Part shown: piece by piece, positions 52,062 to 64,000 of the stretch
Layout of the letters: every line of letters starts with the position of its first letter
Position numbering within the stretch: the stretch's first letter is position 1
DNA from: Anthoceros angustus
Lineage: Eukaryota > Plantae > Anthocerotophyta
Reading direction: 5' to 3'
Length of the DNA: 64,000 nt
Assembly: GCA_010909165.1 (NCBI GenBank)
Contig: MU008174.1
Location: forward strand, 682,001-746,000
Notes under the pieces: model-generated
Database searches by the model: none
Told to the model about the DNA's origin: nothing
Seen by the model: only the letters and a program-made list of their open reading frames with translations
Translations under genes and position numbers: made by a program

Positions 52062-55000
52062 TCATCCAAGTTTCCGTCGCTTGTGAGGGCACTTTGGTGA
52101 TGGCAGAGGTGGTAAAGCCTGTTGAAGTCCTTGAGCGTTAAGCTCAGTTCGAGGCTTCCTCCGCAAGGCAGCAAACCCATTGCTGCTAGGCCTGTTTGCA
52201 GAACACGATGATAAGCCCTCCTTTATCGTCTTGTTGTACAGCCATACGAGGGATGAGAAAGCGAAACTTACCGGTTTGCAATTGTGTTCCCATGGAGAGG
52301 ATTCAATGGCCGTCGAACAGGTAGATTCGCACCACTGTTAGCAGGTCGCACCGTGGTCCGCGGAATTGACAGCTTCGTCTGGAATGTCGACAGCGTCGTC
52401 TGTGGAGGTGCATTTGTCGGCATTTGTACTGTTTAAGCCAGACCATCAAGACTTTCAATTTTCACAAACCTACAGCGCCAGCCAGAAGCTTTAGACCAAT
52501 TACGGATTCAAGTGATTACCAGTCTTATTGCGCTCCCTGTCGGACGCTGGTCGGAACACGTTTGCTCCAGCTGTGGCTTCCTGCGCCAACGAAATCAATC
52601 CCATTGAATCCTTTTGGAACTTGCTTGTGGCCACCTTCCTGCTGACTTTCAGAGGCTTCAAAGTACTCTTGTGCACAGGTTTTGGAACAAATGGTTCCCT
52701 CTGAACATCTACAACCCTGGTGCTTCCGCTTCCTGAAACACAAGCCACAGACCCGGCGTTGCAACCGAATACGAGAGGAGGTGAAACATCCATCTCGATC
52801 TTCCTCTTGGTGGTGCCCATACTTGAAGTAGGCTGATCAGGAAAACAACAGCACTTCATTCAGAAATGATGGAAGGCTAACAGAAAGAAAGGTGCAAGCT
52901 CTGACGTGACCTCACACCTGGTGCGAAATGCCAGTTTTTTGTTGTGATGCCGACATCAGTTCCTCTCCAGCGGATACAAGCTCCTGAAGGCGAGGAATCA
53001 AATCTTCATAAGCTGTTCTAAAACCTTCGATCTGCGTCATCTCGTTCTTCATGAAAACTAAGTCGGCTTCCCACTTCTGTCTGCTGTACTCCCAAAGGCT
53101 CATTGTCTCCTTGTATTTGGCAAGGTTGTTCCTGAAGTCCTCACTTGGAGTTACCGAGGCAACAACAACAGAGGCCTCCTCCATGTGGCTAGCAGACTCT
53201 GCGCTAGCAGAGCTTGGCTTCAAGATCTCACTGTGTTTCCTAAGTTGCGATTCTATTTCCTCAATTGCTGATTTTACCAGGTCGCTCAGGTTTTTTAACT
53301 CATTCCTGCTCTCCCTGAGCCCACTGGCATCCACAGACCTTTCTTCTGTAAGGTAGTTATCTGTCAAACTTGCCCTGCGAGGCAGCCACTTGGTTAGCGA
53401 TTCCTTAGGCAGAGTACGTAGCTTTCGACGACAGAAACGTGCATACCCAGAGAGAGGCCCGACCTACCAATTCTGCATCTCCCTATGCCCAAGAGGAAGT
53501 TCTACTCTGTCAACCTACTGCATTTAGTGTAAGGCAACGAACTGTACTAAAAAGATATAGCCTCCTGAAATATTTCGTAGCTAAATATGTACAGCACATT
53601 TCTGCAGAGTTGTAAGTCTCAAAATATCACGGACCCCAATGTCAACCCTGCATCTCCCAGGGAAGCCTCCTTGATGCAGACAGAAGTTCGTGCCTCTCTC
53701 TTCACTGCCTGTAAGTCGGTGTCTACGGTCTGCTGCCGGTTCATATCAAGCAGGACAAGCTGCCTTTGCTGCTCATCACCCCTCTTGCTGCTAGCAGAAT
53801 TGTTGCCTCGAGGCCCAGATTTGCAAACATACCGAGCATCGATGTTCTGGGAATTAACCTCAAACGCCGGCAGAGAAAGCTTTGGTGTGATGCCTTGGAC
53901 TGAAAGCGTCCACTCCATAGGTTCGACTGCATGTTTACCTTGAAACTGCACTGCTGGAATCTCGTTGTCACTGACCGCATCATTGAAAATATTTGTAGCC
54001 AAAGAAGGGACAGGTTGGCCCTGCTGTACATCTTCAGCAGCGGGGAAACCCACCACATTTTCACCATCTTGTCCAAGCATACATGCAGATCCGAGTTCTC
54101 TGTTGACCACCTCCGCCTCTGGCAAGCTACCACACTCCAGAAGAGCCATCTCCACTGACTGCAAGCAGATGAGAGCGCCGGCATCAGGATCGCCCTTCTG
54201 TATATCGCCAGGATATTTCATAGGGGTACTCTCATCTCTGTCAGCAACAAACTTCAAATCTGTTCCCTGTTGAGCCCACCATGGTCTTGGTTACTGAGTG
54301 GCATTTCTGCTCACAGTTAAGCAGCATTTGAAAGACTTTGGAAGGAATGATTTGAGCCGCTCTGGCAAACGAGAATGAGTGAGGCAAGTGTTAGCAGACC
54401 AAGAAAGGACCAGAAAAACACCATTCACCTACAGTTGCTACAGAAAGTTCCATGGACACTCACAAGCCACACTTCAGGTTACAGAACCTGTTGCAGTCAT
54501 CAATCAGACAGGCACATGCTAGATTTCTGAGCTGGAGTCTACACGAGAAAACGTTGCACACACAGGAGTCGGAGCTCCTCCAACCTGCATCTCCCTAAAG
54601 CAGAACGGGGTGTTAATTCTTGACAGCTGCGAGACAAGTCACATGTTAGAGAATTCAGGTTTCTGCATGAAGCACCTTACTAGCATTATTTGCCACCATA
54701 TTGGCTGCATGTATCACAGTTGAATCCAGGCCCCTTCGTTCCTCCTCCATTGGAGTTGCACCTCTGTCCACAGGGATGTCTACAATGTGCTTTTCTGTGT
54801 ATGTTTTAAAAGCGCTTTCATACTCCGCAGTGACAGCGACAAGCTGTTGTGACGTGATCTCTTGCTGCTGAAGAGCCTCGTCAAGCTCCTGTTGCAGACC
54901 ACTCACTTTCTGCAAGTGCCCCTGTTCCTTTTGTTCCAGCTGCCGTATTGCTTCCTGTAGGGCCTGAACTTCACAATGCAGCACCTTATTCCTTTCTGTA

Positions 55001-58000
55001 AGGTTTCTTAGTTCAGCTTCTGCATGCTCCTTCAAAGACGCGGACTGCACTATCTGAGCCTCTAGCTCAGCAGACAACTGGATGACATCTTGCTCAACCT
55101 TCTCAACTTCCCTCTGAACAGAAGAGTGGAGTTCTTCCACAAGAACCTCCACACCCTTATGACTTGTGTCAACCTGCTGTGCCACATCATTAGCCCGAGA
55201 GAGAATAGCAAGTTCTTTCTCGGATACGATCCTTGCAAATTCTGCTACAATCTCTTGGCCCTGTTGCTTTTCTTGTTGCCACCTATTTTCAGCCTCCAGT
55301 GCTAAGGCTTCTGCCTTGTTCTTGTCAGCAATCACTTGCTGCAGTGTTTGACCAAGCTCTGCAACCTCGTTGACAGCTGTCAGTCTTGCTTTCTCCAAAG
55401 CTTCCTTTTCAGTGATAACGGTGGCAAGCATGTCTTGAGTGGCTTTGAGGTTTGCTTTTGCAGCATCAACCTCACTTTTCAGTTCCTGCAAGTTGGTATC
55501 CTTCTCTTTCACAGTAGCAGCCAGCTGCTCGGATACAGTCACCTGACACAGCAAGAAACAGCCCATCAGCAGTTAAATCTTAAATTCATTGCCTTGTTGG
55601 GTTCTAGGATCCCAAGATCTCTTAGGGTATACTCATTAATCACGCACCCAGCCATCATAACTCAGATTTGCTGTTCCGTCTCTGCAATTGTCTGTCATGC
55701 AATGCCCACACAGCAGTAGCAGCTACACTGACAGCTGTGAAGGTTCCCATAATTACTCTTGAAAACTTTGACCAAGAATGTTGAGTCAGCCACTCCAACC
55801 TCGGATAACATAGGAAACTCCTGTGGCTTGCCTATATAGAAATGATTCAACAAACCTCAGGTTCTGGCTACACTACAGTAAGACGTGTGCACTAAATGTT
55901 CTGATAAGTGTGTGTGTGCCAAAAATGTATTGTGACGTGCACACGTCTTTTACCACTCAAATGTGATGGATGCACCAGAAGTCATTCAATTCAGTTCAGC
56001 AAGCAGGAGAAGAGAACCTTACCATCTCTTCAAGTGTAACTTTTACTTTGGTCCTTTCAACTTCAAGTTCTTGGAGCTGATTCTCAAGCTCCAGTTTTGA
56101 AACAGCTGCTTGAGCAACTTTCTTCTCAAAATCACCTAGGGCCTTCTTGCACTGCAGAGGAGTTGAAATGGGACCAATAAGAACACTAACAAAAGTACTG
56201 CTACGAACAACTGTATCAATAACCTGTAGCACTTCAACAAACCTCATCACGTTCCTGTGTCGCATTCTGAAGCTCAATGAACATCTCTTCCTGCATAAAA
56301 AGTGTCACACTATTACATCCTTTTACAAGGACCACGTAGAAAAGAAAATAATCTGTTCCAAGGTCATCTGAATGCCACCTGCAGCTTGCTTTGTTCTCTA
56401 AAAGCGGAACTCATCTTGTCTCCCTGAGATTTGAGTGATGCAAGCTCTTGAGCCAGTTCAGTGGCTTGAGCTTCAGCAAGATTGCATCGCCTCCAAACCT
56501 GTACATTCATTCATTGTTTGAATTCATCAGCTTGACTCTTCAAGAGGTGCTTTGACCACTCAGTTGGAAAGTAGCCATCTATACCTCATTTTGCTCTGTG
56601 GTTGAATCCTGAAGCTTTTCCTCTGCTCTTGATTGCCGGTAGACTGCCTCTTCTGCCTCCTGCCGGTACTTATCAACTGCCTCGCGAAGTTTTAAAAACT
56701 GCCATGTCATGGAAGACCGATTAGTAAATGACAGGAACTTGTTGAATACAGATATTATCAGCAGTATCGGATACTACATCCACTTACTTGCTCTTCCAGT
56801 ATCTGCAGTTCAGCTTTTGCAGAATCTCTATCACTTTTCACTTCTGCCAACTCCTGATTGAGGCTACTTTTGTCATCAATAACCTCTTGCAGTTCAACCT
56901 TTATGGCCTGATTCAAGTTCTCAATTTGTTCAACTTGTGATTGTAAGCTTTCCTCATCCTTCCGCCCATTTTGATAGTCCTCAAGTTGGGCTACGAAATG
57001 ACAGGAAGGAAATCAGGTAGGTTCACTCACCATGGTATTAGAAAAAACCTGCAGTGTAAAATAGCCGACTATCCCTTCAACTAAACGAACAGATACAACC
57101 CTCAAAAACCCTTTCACTACAGCACATAAATAATGTCCTTGATCTGTACCTCTGCATAGATCCAATTCCATCTTAAACCTCACAACATCAGGATGATGCT
57201 CAACTTGCTTCCGCAAATGCTCAATCTCCTCTTTCAGATCAAGAATCTCATCATCCTCTGGCTGGGGACCATTCTCAAGTCTTTGGATTCGATTCTCTCG
57301 AAGCCTGATAATCATTTTATGGGACTGGGACAAGTCCAAACATAGTTCTTAAGAAACCACAATGCAGAAGAACCAAACAGAGATTTCAACCAGACAGAAC
57401 ATCCAACTCATGAATAACCTGCAAAGTCTTGTCCAAGCGGTCACAGATGGCTTGTGTGGCTTCCAGTCTCAAAGTTAGATCATTGATCTCACTGGCAGCC
57501 TTCCTCTCAGATGTGAGGGATCGTTTAGTAGACTGAGAAATGATATGCTCCAGGCGATTCACACGACTGCTCTCTGTGGATCCTGAGTTTGATTAGGCTC
57601 ATGGTAAATGATGCATACTGATAAACTAGTAACGCCTATAGTGTAACGTTATACAAGTTACAGGGACGCAACTGGACAGCTTACCAGATTGATACTCTTG
57701 AAGTGGCAGAGACATCTGGTCTGCTGCAACCGCACTTCCAATACTAGCTGCAAGAAAAAGTCTCCCCGTTAGTACACGACATTTTGGTGACAAGTCACGC
57801 ACAGCAGTAATCCTCAAACCATACCCCGAAGGAAAGCAATCTCCAAACGAAGTCTTCGGATTTCCTCGCCCATAATAGCAGGATTCCCAAACATGTCTTC
57901 ATTCACAACAGCAGTGTTGAGCATCAATTTCGCCCGCTGTGCAAATTTGAGTGTGGATAGGGTCTCATCTACGTTCTTCTCTGCTGGGCTTACATTAGCA

Positions 58001-60001
58001 ACTAGCGTGCATTTTGAATTTCCACCCAAAGCATCCTGATCACCACATGGGAAATTCTTAGCTCAAAATTGAAGCAGCTTGATTTTCACCAGAGAAACAC
58101 ACTGCAAGCAAGTCGTGAGAGAAGCCACGGATCCAGGCCATACCTTCAGCAAAAAAGTCAGCTTGGAGTCTCTGTATGGAACATGTCGAATCTTGCCCTC
58201 TGAGATGTCAACCAAAGCCTACCCAAAAACCAGTTATCGTTAATATATCGATCACTGCAATATTAAATCTTGAGGGGGAAAAGGGTTGTGGTATAGCTGA
58301 CTGAGAATTAGTGCTCACCTTTATCACATTACCCAAAGCAGAAAGTGATTTGTTAATGCTGCCAGCTTCCTTCAACCTAATGCCTGCTGATTCGCTGTGC
58401 TTCTGGCGCTCAGAGCCTGCAAGGTCAACTAGGTAGAACCTGGAGGTTCTCCTGTTCATAACTCCTCCATCATTCCGACGCTGCAAGGGAGACAAGTCAT
58501 CATTCAGAATCATCCACAAAAGCAAACCATTGATTTCCAGCAACATGCCCACAAAGTTAGTTGCAATCAACAACTCGTGACAACCAAATTAGGCTGGAGA
58601 CCTACTTGTGACTCCACAACGAGAGTAAAGACACTGTGGGACCTGCTGCTCTCCATGTTCATGGCAGTCATGCCCACATGTCTATTCTCCGAACCTCGTC
58701 GGAAAACAGCATAAGTTGCCGCAGGAGTGGAGACAACCACTTCTTGTAAGCCTTCTACATACATACCATGCTTAGAATCCTCATGAATCGCTGAAATTTG
58801 GAATCAAGGACACAGAATGATGGGGGATGCAAGATTAATCTAATATTCGATTAGGACAAGTATCTATAATATTACAGGATACTCAGATTGGTGGATCCTG
58901 GATCCAAGAGGTCGGAGACCTGCTCATTGTAGATCTGAAACCAAGAGCCGAAAAAGAGTACATAAGGAGGACTGCAGAAAAATACAAGTAACAGGAGCAG
59001 ACAGGACAGCGTTTTACCTGCAGGTAGGAGCACTTCATAACGTACTCCACATCATTAGCCTGCATATCAGCGGTTAGAAAAAGCATTAACAACACTCGAG
59101 ATTATTAACACGCTAACAACAAACCACTACAATCTCTGGCAACATTGTTGAGATACGAAGGCACCTGAGTCTTCTCTGCCATCATACTCTGAAAGATATA
59201 ATTCAGAATTCGAGGAATCAAACCATGTCTTTCATGTAGGAAAAAATTGGATTGTTCCCCAAACATCTTTGAGTTTGAGGTCGCAAGGTCGCTATCAGGC
59301 CCTGTACACAGAATTTATGGAGTAAACCTTCAGACATGTCACTGTAAGAGCCATCCTAGGCTAATGGACAATGATCCGACTGGACAAGTACCTTCCATAG
59401 TAAACGTCTTTCCAGCCCCAGTTTGCCCTGAAGAACGCCAGGGACAAGAGGGTGTCAGCTTCTCCCACTACACGTTCTGAGTACGCACGTGAGAGGGCAG
59501 ACAAGTGCAACAGAAAATACCGTATGCTATGAGGCAACAGTGGTAGCCTTGGAGACACGCATCCGTTATCGGTTTCCCCACAGATTGAAAAAAATCTTCC
59601 TGCAGCACATCCAGATAGCATTTCCATTCAATCCCGACTGCCACCTAAACTGACGTCCACGTCCCCTCCTGCAACGCTGCTAAACCAAATTCCACCGCAC
59701 ACACCATTTCCCACGCTCCTACCTGATTGACACCTTCATCAGCGACGTAGTCGAACGTGAAGGTCCGTGATTGCGGTCGCACATTGAGAGTGATGGAATG
59801 CGCTCCCGAGTCTACTCCCACAACTTTGCAATACCCTTGCTCCTTCTCCCGGCCACTCGGCGGCCTCGCCCTGACCACAACCTGCACATTACTGTTGGAC
59901 GCTCCCACGCTGGGAGCCACGGATGCATAATCTGACACGCTATCCATCTCTGCTCTCATCAGCTCCTGCTCGATGTCCATCCCTGCTAGTAAATCCCCCA
60001 T
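52062..60001 (-). CDS. KIN12: Multi-exon kinesin-12 (KIF15-like) gene; 3' extent below ~54660 inferred
   Basis: Motor exons plus KIF15-type segment ([14 protein letters not shown]...[25 protein letters not shown] 57013-57339), coiled-coil exons to 54655, and further exon-like ORFs at 53619-54257, 52912-53367, 52500-52859; last exon ends KRRKLG-TGA at 52062-52064. Confidence 0.75.
57814..60001 (-). CDS. KIN12: Kinesin motor domain exons
   Basis: Exon 59723-60001 ([15 protein letters not shown]), 59521-59599 ([10 protein letters not shown]), 59392-59427 ([13 protein letters not shown]-loop), [21 protein letters not shown] (switch I), LVDLAGSER (switch II), [20 protein letters not shown]; checked GT-AG junctions are in phase. 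Confidence 0.96.
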
Positions 60002-62846
60002 ACCTACAGCTTTGCCTAATCCACTGCGCTCCCGACCGCGTCAATGCATCACGCTGCCCCTGAAAAAAACTCCAGAACCTCCGCCTCACGAAAGAAAGAT
60101 CAGCATTACCAGACACTCCGATAGATTCGCCCGGACATCCTCCTTCCCTTCCGCCCTCCGATCCAGATCAAGAACCACAACACAAACAGGCAGCTTTCCC
60201 TCCCCCTTTCCCTCTCCCTGTCCCTGTCCCGCTCCCTTTCCACAGATCCACAAACCAACAGTGCGCCAAATGCGCCAACCCCGACCCTCCCGCACTATCG
60301 CCTCCACCACAACCGGCCTCCAGAACCACCAAAGACTCCCGGAGCGGGACTCCACGCCATCCCGTCCTCCTGCATTGCCCCGCACCTCGCCGAAACCGCC
60401 TCCGAAACCGCTCCTCTCTGCTGCAAATGCAGCCCCTGCCGATCCCTGGCGGATCCGCGCGGAGAGCAATTCCTTCCCTTCAGACCTCGCTCCGGGCTCC
60501 GGGCGGGTGAGATGGCGGACGCGGCCGCGCGCGAGGCTCCGAATGCGGGCAGCGAGGATCTGCGCGGCGGGCGCGCGCGGGGCGGGGGGGGCAGGCTGCC
60601 GGCGAGAAAGAAAAGAGGAGGCAGGAGGGAAGGAAAGGAGGTGAGGAGGAGGAGGGGAGAGCGGCAGGGATGAACGTTGGGCCTGCAGGTGGCGCAGCGC
60701 ATTCAAACCGACCGGGGGCGCGCGCCTGCCTTTCGCCTTTCGCCTTCGCTTCTCCCTCTCGACTCCACTCGACTCGGTTGCCGTGTCGTCCAGCCTCGAG
60801 TCGTGATTCGTCCAAGTACCATCCCGGCCACGTATTTTCTACATGCAGCGTCCCGTTTCGGACGGCCGTGCGTGCCGTGCCGTTTGAGATGTGCTAACAA
60901 AAGCAAGGAGGACGACAATGGCGCATCTCGAGCCTCCTCTTTTCCCAACCTCAAGACCTCTCCACAACAGTGATGAACCTGATGAGACTGTGATGTTGTT
61001 TATGCAAATCTTAATGCCTGCAAGAAAGAGCAGCCACTGTTGGTCCTTCTGCAGGAAAACGATGGCTTCAGAAAGGCTATGGAAAACTGGCGGGGAAGTG
61101 AGAACATGGCCAAGCACATGGGAGGTAATGTGTGAGTGCACAAGGACAGAGGACGTAAGGACACAGGGACACAGATCTTGCAGGAGATATTAACAGCTAT
61201 CACAGTTTCTGCGTTGTATAAAACCGGTGCCTGCAACCGATTTCCAGGCCACAGGCATGCAGAGGAGAAGTTCCCGTCGGTCGGTCACCGTCAGAATCAA
61301 GCTGCACTTGGCCTCTTTGAGCAGGTTGCGAGTGCAAAGAGAGCCTGGAGCGGGGAGCATGAGAGGGGGTGTAAGCTGATCAATGATGTGAACGAAACCC
61401 TACAGGTGAAGGTCAAGCTTCACCAACCTGAAAGCGAAGTTCCTTCACTCGATGCTTTGGATCTGCAGGCATTCTGGCCTGGTGTCAGAGACGGGAGAAA
61501 CCTGTGAGCCTGAGGCATCCTAACACTGCATGCTCCGAGGTTGTTGGAGGTGGTACAGCAGTGTTGGCAATGGGTGTGAAGGAGCACCTTGCATGCTTCT
61601 TTACGGTGCTTTCACGGACGGGAAACGTGACTCCTGGAGAGGTTTGCTTATCGTCTCTAAGCGTGGTGGTTATCTCATTTCACCATCATCCCACTGATGT
61701 TTGAAGACCAGCGCAGATCCTTTGTCTGCAAGCGAGGATTCAGTGGTGCACTGTAGGCGGCTTGTGGCCCCCACGGACTCTGTTCGTGACCACTTCTAAT
61801 TTCCTCGATGCCCATTGGCAGCACATGGCTACGGGCTACAGTGGCTTGCCACCAAGCATATGCTATTTGTTTCGGGGACAGGTAGGGTGCCGGACGGTGG
61901 AAGACGGTGACGGAGAGTCAGGGAAGGGTTCGAACCACGAGGCATGGACGATGAGCCTCGAACCTCGAACTGGGAGGAGAGGGGGGCCATTTCATGCGGT
62001 GGATGCAAGCTTGGTGGCCAGCAAGCCAGGATGAATCAGTCTCTGCACGCTCTCCCACATGCTCACACCGGGTCCTCCAGAAGCAGACCTGTGGCTGGCT
62101 GACATTGGTGCTCCATTTTGCATCCGGGACGACGGGTAGCGATCGATCCAGGGCATAGGATCTGGTGTCGACCCAATGGAGTCCGAGAAAGTGGGTTGAG
62201 ACTAAAGCCCTGAAGTTTGCTTTCAAGATCTCGAATACACAACCACTGACGAGTCTGCCCTAGGGCAAGTAACGGTACTTCGGTGATCACAAACATGATG
62301 TGCGAACCTCGGAGCATGTGACGGTAGCCGCTTGACGAGGGATCTCATCTTCCGAGCAGAAGGCCAGCGCTGTGTATCCCCACGTCTGCTTGGATTTTCG
62401 AGCTTGTTCATCTCTGAGTGTTGAGGTCAGCTCTTGTCTCGAAATGAGAACAACCTTGAGATGCAGGAAAGGCTCTACGAAGACTTGAGCCAGGAAGTTG
62501 GAACCTCGACCCTCCAGGTGTCTTCCTCTTCAGAAGATTTGGAGGAATTTGACGAAAGGTTGTGGCATTCCCCGAATCCGATGTATAAGGACCGGCCTGC
62601 GGCCCGTTTTCTCTGTGGCAGAATGAATAAAGAACAGCTGAATAGAGCTCGGAGTGTTGCAACAAACAAAATTTATTTCTTAGGGAATTCGGAGAAAATT
62701 CATTTGCACAAGGTCCGGTGGTGGCTGAATGGAGGGAAAGAAGATTTTATTATAAAAAAGAGATGGGAAAAATCCATCCACCCCAAAAACAAAAGGGAAA
62801 AATCCCAACCAATGGCACCATGCTAGGGGACTAGCCCCACGATCAC

Positions 62847-63140
62847 GCATTTCAAAACCACCAACCGCCCGAAGAACTTTGTGGTCAGGCATGTGGCATT
62901 TCAAAACCACCAACTGCCCGAAGAACTTTGTGGTCAGGCATGTGGCATTTCAAAACCACCAACCGCCCGAAGAACTTTGTGGTCAGGCATGTGGCATTTC
63001 AAAACCACCAACCGCCCGAAGAACTTTGTGGTCAGGCATGTGGCATTTCAAAACCACCAACCGCCCGAAGAACTTTGTGGTCAGGCATGTGGCATTTCAA
63101 AACCACCAACCGCCCGAAGAACTTTGTGGTCAGGCATGTG
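62847..63140. repeat. 49-bp minisatellite, 6 near-perfect copies
   Basis: gcatttcaaaaccaccaaccgcccgaagaactttgtggtcaggcatgtg; span 294 bp = 6x49. Confidence 0.97.
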
Positions 63141-64000
63141 AAAAAGCCTTCTTACCACCGGTGTCGAAGAAGCTGCTGAATAGAGTTCAGAGTATGGCAA
63201 CAAAAAAAAATGTGTGTGTCGGGTTCTGGGGTGGTTAAATAGAGTTTGGAGTATGGTAACCTAAAAAATATATTTGTATCATGGCTCGTGGTTGTTGAAT
63301 GGAGTTAGGAGTGTTGCAACAACTAAGTAGTCTTATAATAAAGATGTGTTCAAGTTGGTGATGTTAGAGATACAATGTGAAGCCTAAGGCAATGCATGGA
63401 ATTTGTGCACATACTAACTTAAGGCTATAATGTAGGATGTGCTATATATGTTAAGATGAGTTTAATAACTTTGGAGCTGCTGTCTAGTGTTTGTATTTTT
63501 TGCGTTTAGTAAGAAGGTCGATCCAATTCTTTGAGACAGCTTTCAGATTGATGATCAAAGAGTTTGACAGACCTTCTAGATTAATTGGTGTTCAAGCCTT
63601 GTTCCATAGTATTTGGTGTCGTAGCATACAGTGTGTTTACGATCATGTGGCCTTCGAGAAGTATAGTTGCAGCATGGAGCAGCAGCGCAATATTGGGGCT
63701 CTGGTTGTACAAGTTGCACAAATTTTCAGGTGAAATTCATGAATCGACTAAGGATTTTGTTGTCATCGAGGAACATACATGAGCTGTTACTAATCAAGCA
63801 GTTGCGGAATTTGATGTCCTTATAGACGGTGCCCAATTTACCATCCATGACACAAGGGCAAGCACACGGCAAATGTCAAAGAAAAAATCCGAGTTTCTTG
63901 GTAAAAAAGTGGACAAGAAGATAGCAGACACAACTATGTTGAAGATATTTTTACCTTTTCTACCAGTAGATATGTCCAAGCATCCCCCTGCGCTTCCCAA

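Noticed and set aside
59973-60973. Long Pro/Arg/Gly-rich ORFs (223 aa, 206 aa, 135 aa)
   Set aside because: Expected from stop-poor, very GC-rich promoter/5' UTR sequence; low complexity and no motifs.
62434-62520. Cytochrome P450-like phrase MQERLYEDLSQEVG
   Set aside because: No flanking I-helix, ExxR, PERF or heme-binding motifs found.
62879-63238. Repetitive-protein ORFs over the 49-bp repeat
   Set aside because: The 49-bp period is not a multiple of 3 and the same peptides appear in all frames, an artefact of the minisatellite.
63491-64000. ORF fragments at the right edge as a transposase or gene
   Set aside because: Interrupted by stops, truncated by the window, and no diagnostic motif recognised.

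Overview
Land-plant nuclear DNA; a fern or other seed-free vascular plant is inferred from the DYW:KP editing-factor type and the spliced genes. Bases 1-38084 are a head-to-tail array of a ~4.0-kb unit (9 full units plus 1 internally deleted unit, running off the left edge). Each unit carries an orphan minus-strand copy of a DYW:KP deaminase domain, a 5' fragment of a serine carboxypeptidase-like gene (SCPL-A) and a near full-length, single-intron SCPL gene (SCPL-B). The array ends in the parent gene, an intronless PLS-class PPR-DYW:KP gene (37683-~40028, minus strand) with an N-terminal OSB-type PDF motif, an HAE active site and a reconstructed CGDRH* terminus, i.e. a candidate U-to-C organellar RNA editing factor. 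Differences between units cluster at CG/CHG sites and homopolymers, so many frameshifts may be long-read errors. 40.9-51.8 kb is TE/repeat-rich and includes an unannotated intronless thymidine kinase pseudogene, a 1.1-kb foldback, palindromic and telomere-motif mini-arrays and retroelement remnants. 52.1-60.0 kb is a multi-exon kinesin-12 (KIF15-like) gene on the minus strand. 60.9-64 kb is unresolved apart from a 6x49-bp minisatellite. No rRNA, tRNA or CRISPR feature could be supported. All comparisons were made by eye, with no alignments or database searches.
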